This document shows positions 1 to 10,712 of a DNA stretch of 37,793 nt, in pieces. Position 1 is the first letter of the stretch; every line of letters begins with the position of its first letter. The DNA is from Macrostomum lignano. Lineage: Eukaryota. The position numbers and the translations under genes were made by a program. The notes under the pieces were generated by a model, which had not been told where the DNA came from, made no database searches, and worked only from the letters and a program-made list of their open reading frames with translations. The DNA lies in assembly GCA_002269645.1 (NCBI GenBank), contig NIVC01004697.1:1-37793 (forward strand), read 5' to 3'.

Positions 1-374
1 GCCTGAGCAGTTCTCAGCCAGCCGGTTGACAATCTCGCGCACGGTGCCAATCAGCTCCTTGCCGACTGTGTAGTGGCCTCTGGCGTAGTTGTTGGCGGCG
101 TCCTCTTTGCCGGAGATCAGCTGCTCCGGGTGGAACAGCTGCGGTAGGTGCCGCAGCGAACCTCGTCGACCACGGTGGGCCCAGGTCCACGAAGATGGTG
201 CGCGCACGTAGTGACCGCCGGGGTCTCGGAGAAGAACGGCTCCCGAGTCGTCGCATTTCCCGCGGCCATCATGAGTCCGTCGGGCTGGATGCCGTGCTAG
301 GCAGTAGAGCTCCCAGCAGGCGTTGCCATCTGGATGCCGGCCTGGCCGACGTGGATGGAGATGCACTCGCGCAT
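1..374 (-). pseudogene. Alpha-tubulin 5' portion, frameshifted (pseudogene or assembly error); runs off the window edge
   Basis: The reverse strand from ATG at 374 reads, across frames, [16 protein letters not shown](G)NACWELYCL(E)HGIQPDG...FFSET...RTIFVDL(E)[13 protein letters not shown](Q)[28 protein letters not shown]. This is the alpha-tubulin N-terminus (MREC motif). At least six 1-2 nt deletions are needed to restore the frame. Confidence 0.9.
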
Positions 375-669
375 GCTGCAAGCTGGGAGGCTTCAGGTGG
401 TTTGGCCGGCGGCCGGGCTAATTTGGCTCGTTTTCTGCAGAAGGCAAGAAATTGAACCCTTTGATTGCGGCTCTGGGCCGCGGGCGCGGCTTCATCTGGA
501 CTGCGGTGTACAGGAGCGCTTCGCTGCGCTGTCTATGGCCCAGCCAAATAGCTGGGACCGAAATATCCTAGCGAGGAGTTCTAAAAATAGACGTAGAGTT
601 TATATTGGAACACGGTGCTTCCCACTTGGCAACATGACTAAATCCTCAGTAGCATAGATTAGGTAAATA

Positions 670-813
670 ATAAACGCCGTTTAATTTACATTCTGTGGTT
701 AGAATGTCCGAGGCTGCGTTTAATGGTCTCGAGGCGAGCGTAGCGAGCCGAGGACCATTGATTGCAGCCGAGATATTCTAACCATCGACTATGATGAATT
801 AAACGGCGTTTAT
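670..813. repeat. Imperfect palindrome (hairpin; probable non-autonomous transposon fragment)
   Basis: ATAAACGCCGTTTAATT (670-686) is the reverse complement of AATTAAACGGCGTTTAT (797-813). The inner arms also pair (GGTTAGAATGTC/GATATTCTAACC) around a central GCGAGCGTAGCGAGC. Confidence 0.6.
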
Positions 814-883
814 CATATATTAAATTCGATTGCTCCTGATTTCGAGGAGATTATATGATATACTCGTAATATCCTAGTTTTTG

Positions 884-2565
884 CAAGGACAACTTGATAA
901 CTCTGGACCGGAAACGAGCCAATTCATGGCGAAAAAAGTATGAGGCTCGTTTAAAAGCATTGTTCTATGGCCCATCCGTATGCGCATGCTTTCAGTTGCC
1001 AATGTATACTCTTATCATATTTGCCTTTTTGATAGGCAGTCAGAAGGCGGGTGCAGGGTCGGTTTTCTTAAATGTTGAATAGTTTTATTACATAAAGTAA
1101 ACGTTGTGAAAACACACAATGGGAAAGCTGTACATGCAGCACATGTATAAGGAAACTCGAGAAAAATTTACGATTCTTTCTTCATCTGAACTACAAACAG
1201 AGAGGAAAATAACAGTCACAGAACGGGACAAGAGCTGACCATGATAAATAGTGAAGTGTTTGCTCCAGGTTCGCTCACTGTCCACTCAGCTTCAGTATTT
1301 TTCTATGTGCACTTTATCCGGTGAAGGAGCGCTCTTTGCTCCTCGTTGAACATAACCATTGAAGAAACAGTTAGTGAGGCGCACGCAGCATCCCAGAACA
1401 TCTGCTTCAAGGAAGTAAAACTCGCCAACGGCAGCAAACAATTTCCGCACTCGCAAAGCACATGACGGTGATCGCAGCGAAATGAAGCATCCGAAACAGA
1501 GGCAAGCAAAATTAAACAGCCACTTTGGCGGGTGCTTCAACTTTCCCCGGGAAATCATTTCAGTGAATTCACCGAGTTGGGGTGTTTAAATTTTCGGCAG
1601 GATCCAAGCAGATCTCGAACCGTAACTGGTGAGTGTAACCGAAAGCATCGCACGGAATAGTTTGGTGAAGCGAAAACTCGCAGAACCATTTCGGCATTGG
1701 CGCTTAACGAGAAGATAAACAACTCCTCTTGAACAATGGCAACAATAGGCTGATGTGCTTTGATGACGTCTGAACAGTGAATGGATGCTCGGAATTCAGT
1801 CCCCGATGGCAGCGTGTCACGCTCTCGAAATTCTACTAGTTCATCTTGGAAAAGGCATCGTTCGGACAACAGCACGCCCCTTCCCTCAGCCTGTCGACTG
1901 GCACGCACTGCAATATCCAAGCACGCATCTTAGTGTTTCGTTTCGACCCTATTTGATGGAGTGCAAATACGCTCGAATATTTGAATTAAAGCAGTAGAAC
2001 TTCACAAACCTTGTGTTTAAACGAGGCAGGACTGCGGGACTCCGTCGAAAACTGGTGGTGGATGTAGCGGCCTTTCATTTCTTCCCTTTTTATCATTGGT
2101 CCATCTTGAGGCCAGTGCTTAGCACACACGCCCATGTAGTCTGTCACGGTCTAAACAACAACAGAATTGTTAATGAATTCATGTGGCCAGGCTAAATCTG
2201 ATTCACAAAGCACATTTGAAGAAAGTCTTACCGTCAGTTGATTAGACAGAGACAGTCGCCAAGCCGATCTCGTTCAGTTGCATCTTTAGGAAACGAAAAT
2301 ACTGCAACATTCCGATCACGGTTACTATTGTAGTTTGCACAACAGAAAATGACGCTGCATTTTCTCGGCATGATATTTAGTTTCAGCAAGAATATAAGTT
2401 CTCTCTCTCAATTGCAAGTGCATGCGAAGAACTCAATTTTCAGCTCAGATTTCTTCGCTTTCGTAGCTTTGGATGGGCCATGGAACAATTCTTTTAAACG
2501 AGCCTCATACTTTTTTTCGCCATGAATTGGCTCGTTTCCGGTCCTGAGTTATTAAGTTGTCCTTG
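884..2565 (-). mobile_element. P-element/THAP-type DNA transposon, internally deleted and degenerate (1682 bp)
   Basis: TIRs of about 94 bp (884-977 and 2471-2565) start CAAGGACAACTT. A perfect 8-bp TSD AGTTTTTG lies at 876-883 and 2566-2573. Inside is a THAP domain remnant on the minus strand and a probable C-terminal remnant (SRGKLKHPPKWLF, ~1300-1560). No recognisable catalytic core. Confidence 0.85.
2035..2371 (-). pseudogene. THAP zinc-finger domain remnant of the P-type transposase
   Basis: ATG at 2371 gives MPRKCSVIFCCANYNSNRDRNVAVFSFPKDATERDR. After a probable GTAAG...TTTAG intron the sequence reads DYMGVCAKHWPQD. These match the THAP C-x-C, FxFPxD and CxxH(F/W) motifs. Frameshifts are present. 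Confidence 0.75.
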
Positions 2566-3938
2566 AGTTTTTGTTAAAAATTACCACAGACAACACATTC
2601 CCGGCTCAGAATAGTACAATTCTTTAACGATTAAATAAGCAATCGTATTTTATAAATCCACTAATTCCTCAGTACGAGCTAGTATAAAAATAACAAAACA
2701 ATAAAACGATTACCCATTAGGCTTTTCACATTACCTATTCCAGAACCAGAATCGGTTCGGATCTTTTAAGAGAAAAACAGTATAACAGTTTAACTTTGTT
2801 GAATGTTTGACTGCCTTAACAATATTTCCCTTCGCACAATTTTTCACTTTCTTCTTGGCTATATTCCAATTCAATAATTACAACTGAAGCCCTTTTTTGG
2901 TTCTTGCCGGAAGAGTTTTGATGCCGTCGTCAGCATCTGCTTTGGATCCAAGCTGCATGCTGATTTCCAGGAGCACATTTTATCGTACAAGGTTGGTTGC
3001 ATTTGAGCATGGCCATGCTGCACAGCAAATTGCCATCTGCGATACTTTCAGCTGTTGTTGTTTACAATAGCTTTCACCTGTGACTTTTTTAATTTTGGTA
3101 ACTAATTTTTTAAAGATTATTTTGGTTTAACTTTATAACTGATATGCCCAAGTTGAACTGGCGCCAGAAACTGCAAGGTTTTTACAAATTGAGAAAAAAC
3201 AAGTTTATAACTAACAGATTATATATATCTTGAAAGCCAAGACCAGACTGCAATATGCAACGTCTCTATGTTACATATTAGATTCTCAGACCACCTTTGA
3301 TAGCTGATAATGATTTGTATTTCACAAACAGAAACAAGTTACAGCTTGTTTACAATCGCAGCAGCTGCAAAGTTAAACAGCCTATTTTAATAATAAAGAC
3401 TGAAAGAAGTGAATTAGCTACTGACAGTAGCTAGTGAAAAATACAAAGTCATTCAACTAAAATAATTGGCGTAAAATCTATTGTGTTCACCCTTCTCAAC
3501 TAAACCTGCCGGTGCATGTTGCAGATATATATTAACACCGCAAATAAGAAACATCAATTAGGATCATTTTTCAGAGCTGAGACATGCGAGGCATATGAGG
3601 AGTAAAGTAAGAATAGAATCCGGCAAAGTCTAGAAATACTGCATTCACACCCCAGTGGACATTTGCCATCGAGTAAACCATTTTGCGGCCAATTTTAATT
3701 ACTATTTTATTTTACTCTAACTAAAACCACAGATACCAGAATAACAAGATCTCGCAACTCGCAGTTAAAAGGTTGTGAAATGTAGAACGTCTACTCATTT
3801 TTTAATTGTTTGCCTGCACAGTGTCACTCACTTCCTTCTTCGGGGTTTGGCGGCCTCGGGACCACACGGGGTTAAGACTGAACAGCGAGTCAACAAGTTT
3901 TTAACTCGATGGATGAAATTGAACGCAATTCAGCGAAG

Positions 3939-4374
3939 CTCAGCCTAGGGGCAGGCCCAATCTAGCTTAGCCAACGAGAGAGCAGTAAGGAGAGAGTTCA
4001 AAGTCAGACGGACAAAGCTCAGCCTAGGGGGCAGGCCCAATCTAGCTCAGCCAATGAGAGAGCAGTAAGGAGAGAGTTCAAAGTCAGACGGACAAAATTC
4101 AGCCTAGGGGCAGGCCCAATTTAGCTCAGCCAATGAGAGAGCAGTAAGGAGTTCAAAGTCAGACGGACGAAACTCAGCCTAGGGGCAGGCCCAATCTAGC
4201 TCAGCCAATGAGAGAGCAGTAAGGAGTTCAATGTCAGACGGACGAAACTCAGCCTAGGGGCAGGCCCAATCTAGCTCAGCCAATGAGAGAGCAGTAAGGA
4301 GTTCAAAGTCAGACGGACGAAACTCAGCCTAGGGCAGGCCCAATCCAGCTCAGCCAATGAGAGAGCAGTAAGGA
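3939..4374. repeat. Minisatellite, ~75-80 bp unit, ~5.7 copies
   Basis: Unit CTCAGCCTAGGGGCAGGCCCAATCTAGCTCAGCCAATGAGAGAGCAGTAAGGAGTTCAAAGTCAGACGGACGAAA, recurring at about 3939, 4018, 4098, 4173, 4247 and 4323. Confidence 0.95.
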
Positions 4375-4799
4375 AAAAGGTCAAAGTCAATTGTTTATCG
4401 GCCTGACTGGGGACTGGGGCGCCCAAATTTTCTCTTTCGCTCGCCATGTACACATACTGGATTTGAGTGTACCTTTTTAATACGGTGAATATGCTAATTT
4501 AATGGGTCTGCCGGTCTGCTTTTAGAAAGCCAGAGGCGATTGTTTCAGCTTTAAAAACTTTATAAAATCCTGAATATTTAATCGATTTTAAATTTTACTA
4601 TTATTAAGGCAAAATACGCTTGTTTACTACTGAAAAAGTAGATAACCGCATTTTGCAAGCGACATCTAGTTATTCAAGTATTATATGACTAAAACAAAAC
4701 TGAATTATGAATAGAGATAATTCAGTTAGCTTTGAAGTGAAAACGCATTACTGACTATTGGCAAGCGAGTAGCCGATTGTGGTTTAGTAAATAAGCATC

Positions 4800-7115
4800 T
4801 TAGTAATTGTCATCGCTGCTGGAATCATATTCTTCATCACTTTCGCTGTAATCACTTTGTTCTTCGGACAGGTCGAAGATCGAATTGTCGAACTGGGAGC
4901 CGTCGAGTGAGTCGGAATCGGAATCGTCCGAATCGGCATCTTCAGATTCGGTATCGTCAGATTCGGTATCCGTATCGGCATCTTCAGAGCTAGAATCGGC
5001 ATCGTCAGAATCCGAATCGACATGGCCGACATCGTCAGATTCGGCATCGGCATCGTCAGAGTCGGCATTGGCATCATCAGAGTCGGCATCGGCATCGTCA
5101 GAGTCGGCATCGGCAGGGCCGGCATCGTCAGAGTCAGCATCGGCAGGGCCGGCATCGGCATAGGCGTAGGCAGGGCCGACATCGGCATCGGCATAGGCAG
5201 GGCCGGAATCGGCATCATCAGAGTCGGCATCGGCAGGGCCGGCATCGTCAGAGTCGGCATCGGCAGGGCCGGCATCGTCAGGGCCGGCATCGTCAGAGTC
5301 GGCATCGGCAGGGCCGGCATCATTAGAGTCGGCATCGGCATAGGCAGTGCCGGCATCGGCATCGTCAGAGTCGGCATCGGCAGGGCCGGCATCGTCAGAG
5401 TCGGCATCGGCATCAACATCATCGAAGTGAAAGTTGGTATCGGCATCGATATCGTCGGCGTGTGAGTCGGCATTGTCCGCATTGACATCGTCAAGTTGCG
5501 AATAATCATTGACGTCACGAGAGTCGGCATCAGCATATATATCGTCGCTGTGATAGACGGCATCAGCAAAGGAATCGTCGCCGTGAGAGTCGGCATTGGC
5601 ATCGTCGAGTTGAGCATCAGCATCGAGGTCATGAAAGTCGGCATCAACATAGGCATCGTCGCCGTGAGAGTCGGTATTGGCAACATCGAGGTGGGAGTCA
5701 GCATCGTGGTAATGAGAGTTGGCATTAGCATCCACATCGTCGCCGTGTGCGTTGCCATTGAAATTGTCGACGTGAGAGTTTTCAGCGTCTTCAGAGTTGG
5801 AATCGGCGCCAGCTTCAACGTCGGAGTCGGTTTCGAAAGTGTTTGTGTCGATCTGAACAAACGGCAGAGCTTGCGGCTGCAAGTCGACTTGGGCCTCCTG
5901 AGCTTCGAATTCACCTTCCTCGAACTCGAACAAGTCGGCAAAGCCGAACGCTTGGTCGATTTGGCCGCCGTCGCTTCCGCTGTCGCTGTCGTCTTCATCA
6001 TCGTCGTCATCCTCGTCGTTGCCGAAATCGTTGTTGACTTCGTCGTCGCTGATGCCGGTGTCGGTGGCTGCATCGGCGGCCGTGGGGTCGGCGACAGCCG
6101 CCGGAAGCTCCGGCAATGGCTCATCGTTAGTGACAATGTCGGAGGCGACGCCGAGGCGCAGGTGGATGGAGCCAAACGGCCGTCTGTCATACGGGCACAG
6201 CCGGCTCTGGCCGGTCCATGCGCGCAGACAGGGCGGACAGAACTGATGTCCTGGACAGGTGTCCGGAGTGGCTACAGGGCCGGAGAGTTGTTCCAGGCAG
6301 ATCGGGCAGGACACCTGAGCGGAGGAAGAAAAGGGGAATACAAAATAATTTGTCTTCTAACAGTTGCTGCAGACTCTGAAGGAGCAAAAATAAGGCAAAA
6401 GGAGTGCCGATACGAGCAATGTAGCGAAACTGACGCCTAGCATAAGCGCCGATATGTAGCAAAACTGACGCCTAGCATAAGCGCCGATATGTAGCAAAAC
6501 TGACGCCTAGCATAAGCGCCGATATGTAGCAAAACTGACGCCTAGCATAAGCGCCGATATGTAGCGAAACTGACGCTTAGCATAAGCGCCGATATGTAGC
6601 AAAACTGACGCTTAGCATAAGCGCCGATATGTAGCGAAACTGACGCCTAGCATAAGCGCCGATATGTAGCGAAACTGACGCCAAGTAAAAGCGCCGATAT
6701 GTAGCGAAACTTGGCGCTAAATCCAATAAAGACAGCCTAAATAAGTGGCACGAAACAGCGCTATCTGCTCAGCCCCTCTCACCTGCAGCCTAGCAGACTC
6801 AACAATCTCCTCATTGCCCGGGCGCCGAATTCTTAATTTGGCCAGACTGGCGCCGCAGCCTAGGCCCGGACAGCGGCCGGCGCGACCGGACGGCGCCGAC
6901 TCGAGCCAAGTGGCCAGACAGGCCAAGTGGCAGCGGTGCAACTGGCAGGACTCGGCGCTGACAACACCAGAGGAGTCTGCGGCAATGCCGCCAGCCAAGC
7001 AGATGGCGCAGGTATCGGCCGGGACAGCCGGTGGCGACCCGGGTCGCTGTTGGGCATTGGCGGCGCCGAGGCGGGGCAGCTTGCTGGCGGTCGGGCCCAG
7101 CGACAACCATGATGC

Positions 7116-7149
<34 letters not shown>

Positions 7150-7407
7150 GTTGATGGCGCGGTGATGTCTGATGGTCCAGGCCGCTTCTTCGGCCGGCAC
7201 AGCTGGCAGAGCGGGCGGCCACTGGATGATGAGAAAGTCGCAGAGGTGGCAGCGGCCGGCTGAAACAGGCTGCCAGTGCAGTGAGGATGAGCGGCCAGTA
7301 GGCAGGCTGAGCAGCGCAGGTGAGCAGCGCAGGTGAGCAGCTCCAGCGGCAATGCCAGCCTCGCAGCCAATGCAGGTGAGGGCCTCGCCGATGGCAACAG
7401 CAGCCAT
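4800..7407 (-). CDS. PHD finger + two RING fingers + long acidic (D/A/S-rich) tail; two exons (7407-6783, 6314-4800); exon 1 frameshifted by a 13-bp duplication
   Basis: Exon 1 encodes a PHD finger (CIGC...CSAC LLAAHPHC...LCQLC) and a RING-H2-like finger (CAIC...CQLHRCHLAC...W...CPGLGC). The phase-0 intron has donor CTGCAG|GTGAG (6783/6782) and acceptor pyrimidine tract-CTCAG|GTG (6315/6314). Exon 2 encodes RING CPICL...ATPDTCPGHQFCPPCLRAW...CPYDR (PHRF1/SCAF11-like C3HC3D) followed by >400 acidic low-complexity residues. Removing the duplicated 13-mer gives a 708-aa ORF. Confidence 0.8.
5030..5420 (-). repeat. Coding minisatellite (~30 bp, DADSDDAGPA units)
   Basis: GCATCGTCAGAGTCGGCATCGGCAGGGCCG and variants are repeated in-frame within the acidic tail. 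Confidence 0.85.
6417..6716. repeat. Intronic minisatellite, 35 bp unit, ~8.5 copies
   Basis: TGACGCCTAGCATAAGCGCCGATATGTAGCAAAAC with period 35 (6431, 6466...), inside the PHD-RING intron 6315-6782. Confidence 0.95.
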
Positions 7408-10343
7408 GCTGGACTCCAAGAGTGTCAGCAAGGCCTCCAGAGGGTCCCTTTGGATCTCAGCAGGGTAAATGCTAATTAGGTTGCTGAATCATCTAATAGG
7501 TGCTGGAAACAGAAACAAGTGTTGCACACAAGGGTAAACTACTGTCTGAACTGCTATATTTGTCAGACGTTTATAGTTTGTGCTACTTTGACTTATTATT
7601 GTCTAGATTCAATAGTCTTGGGCATAGTTGGAAAAGATAGTATAAAAATCCTACTTGATTTATCTCCAAAGTAACTTTAAAGTTGTTTTATCAAAAGGTT
7701 TTGCTTTAACTAATAGTTGCAGCTAAGACTATGGTTAACAAAGATGCTCTTTCAACATATTGTTTTTAATTTGCTATATGCATATAGAAAAAACAGCATT
7801 TTGCCTATTAATGTTTGAATAAATAACAAGTGGTACAAAAACAGAGTAAAATGTAAGGGCAAATAGCCCAATGCCAAGTAAAATGGAATTCCTAGGAAAT
7901 TAAGGCATATTACCTTAGAAAAATAAGTATGATGCATCAATAAGTCATAATAGATCATAAATCCACAAAGGAAAATAAGCTAAGAACCTCTTGATCTTTA
8001 TGATTCTTTAGTAATGCCATTTTGGGAAATGTATTATATTGACAATAGCTTATCAACTTGGGGGAGGCAAGCAAATTTTTCCCAAAAAGAACCACCACTT
8101 TACCTTCTTCCCCTGGGTTTTTAACCTCAAGAATTTGCCCCCATCAACAAATTTCTAGTTGCATTACTAAAGAAAAACTTAACAACTTGACAACAAAACT
8201 AGAATAATATAGAATAAAAGAAATAGGCCTACAACAATTAGATATATAACAATATATAGTTGTTGCTATTTATGCCTATTAAATATTTGTCAAAGACTAA
8301 AGACTTCTGAATTAACTTACTTTGAGCAAACCTTATCATATAATGTTGGAGCTTATAGGCATATTTGCCAGATCTATAATATTAAGCATATAATGCATTG
8401 TGGCTTTCAATTTAGACAAAAAAGAAATGGCTCATAAAGAAATGGAAATGGTCCATAGATTTTAATAGATTCTATATTAGGGATATTGTTACATTGTGTT
8501 AGATAGGAACATAGTTGCTATAGATAGTATAGGTAGGCCTAGTTATCCCCTTTCTTAGAAAAGTTTAATAGAATTAAAGCAGTACTAATACATTATGCTA
8601 AAATCTTACAAATGCATATTATTAAGCTTATATTGTTAGGGGTCCTGCCCCCACCCCCTGTACTGCTACTAGGTGATATATCAAATAAGGTCATTTATTT
8701 AATATTTATCTATTTATTTAATAGATTATTGACAAATTGGTAATTGAATATTTTAAAATACTAAAACTGACACAATGTTTGTATGTATATGTGCATATGT
8801 GTGTTTGATGACATTGATATATAGGCCTATATATATAAAATTAAAAATAATTTTAAATGATATCTAGAAATTTTTTATTATTTTCAGATAGGCCGCTATT
8901 CATTCTTCATATTTCTAATATAGATAACAGTTGGCAACACCTTGTCTTGTGCACCACCATATTTTGGAAGGCATCCTATACACTAGGATTTCCTAGCATA
9001 CAATAAGGTCTTACCATTTATTAATATACATTAAATCCCATTAATATCCTAGCATATATGAATAGCAGCTAAATTGTGTTAAATGACAATTTTTGTATTG
9101 GCACACAACCCTGGCATACAAACAAGGTCTTGTCATTTTTTCTGGCATTAAACCCAGACCCAGCATACACAATTAATATAAATTTATGATCCAAACTATG
9201 GCCTGTGCTGCCTAGGCCTATTGCCTATGCATGTAATAGGCCTATACTTTCCTTTAAATCTGCCAAATGACTGATTAAAAATGAATTTGTTATCTTATCA
9301 CTATCATTCTCATTTCCATTATAACTTAGGCCTAGGCCTATAATATTGATGTTATATAATATTTTGTGGTAGTAATAGACAAGTAAAAAATAACTGTCAA
9401 TAGGCCTAACCCTTACAATAGGCCTAGGCAGGCTTAGCTTGAAAAGGAACTAAATAACATGTAGCTTAAGCATAGGCTAGGCTCTAAGGTGGAAGGCCTA
9501 AGGGTTTGTTGCATTAGGGGAATGCCAGTTTTAGGTAGTTGATATACTGTTAATACATTTGTGCATTTGTGCAATTATTAGGGCCTTTTTAATTTAAATA
9601 TGGAATTAAAAAAATCTATAACTATGTACTATATAGATATTATAATTCAATTATTAATTTAATTATTAATTTTACTATATTTTATTTAAAATTAGTTATA
9701 TAAGTTTATGGCCATGGCATAAGCTGATGCATGGTTTTAAACTTTAATTAACTATTTTGAGAGAGGTTTTGAGTTTACTTTCTCGAATAAAACCCAATTT
9801 AATATAAAAAACTGCAAGTATGAGAGGTGTCCTATCAATTTTCAGTCATTTACACAAACTATAAACCATTAATTTAAAAACTATTACACAACATAGTGTA
9901 CAAACTATCCATATTATTATAACTTGATACCCATATGGCGCCGCGCCAGTCACCAAATTTCTACACCCAAATTTAAAAAGCTGGAGCTGGACAGATATAA
10001 TGTAAAATTTTAATTGTAAGTCCTTGAAAGTACGATGTCCATCAAAACATAAAAAACTTGGAGTATTTATTATATCATTTAGTTTGCTGATAAATTCGCA
10101 AAGTGAAAAATAAAATGTGTTATTCTGTGTTACGAAATTTAAATAAAATACAGAGAGAGAAATTAAATGTATAGTAAGTGATCGTCGGTGGTGATATCTC
10201 GCACCTACCTGCCGCACCTTACTCGCGCGCGCATATATAACGTAAAAATCGAACACAAATGGTTTGTTTTTTTGGCCTAAGGGTAGCTAGCCCCTATCCA
10301 TGTATATGAATATGATTTGCAGTCGTAGCTAATTAATTTCCTG

Positions 10344-10712
10344 CAGGGTTTTTTTTGTGCGCAGAGTGTGCGTATGCACTGCACCCTAAATTTTAAAATC
10401 GCACCCTGAAATTAAAAAAGTAGGTGCAGTTTAGGTGCGGTCTTATAACCATTTTTTTAAAGGCTTAACCATGCTTAAGCTATTTTTTCATGCACTGCCT
10501 TAAAATATGAAACAAAATAACTCTTTAAATCCTATTAAGTCATATAGGCGATATAGCCTATGGCTATAGCCTTATGTAAGATATTAAAATATACATTCCC
10601 AGTTGTCTGAAACAAGACTCAAGAGAAATTGCACTCTGAGCCTTAAAATCGCACCTTGAAATTTGGTGCAAGGTGCGATTTTGCACATTGTCTCTGGCGA
10701 AAAAAAACCCAG
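10344..10712. mobile_element. hAT-like MITE (369 bp)
   Basis: Ends are CAGGGTTTTTTTT and AAAAAAAACCCAG (1 mismatch in 13). A perfect 8-bp TSD ATTTCCTG lies at 10336-10343 and 10713-10720. Subterminal (ATC)GCACC motifs occur in both orientations. Confidence 0.75.

Noticed and set aside
2900-3070. Second THAP-like start (MAICCAAWPCSN) on the minus strand
   Set aside because: A stop follows within a few codons, and no FxFP or CxxHF motifs occur downstream.
3781-4452. Firm solo-LTR call
   Set aside because: TG...CA ends are present, but no 4-6 bp TSD flanks them and no PBS or PPT was seen. Kept only as a low-interest finding.
4784-6440. Overlapping ORFs of 468, 92, 147 and 314 aa
   Set aside because: They are alternative-frame and antisense shadows of the low-complexity acidic exon; only the 4800-6314 frame carries the RING motif and splice phase.
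9846-10256. 136-aa ORF as a LINE 3' remnant
   Set aside because: AT-rich, with no reverse-transcriptase or endonuclease motif I can name.
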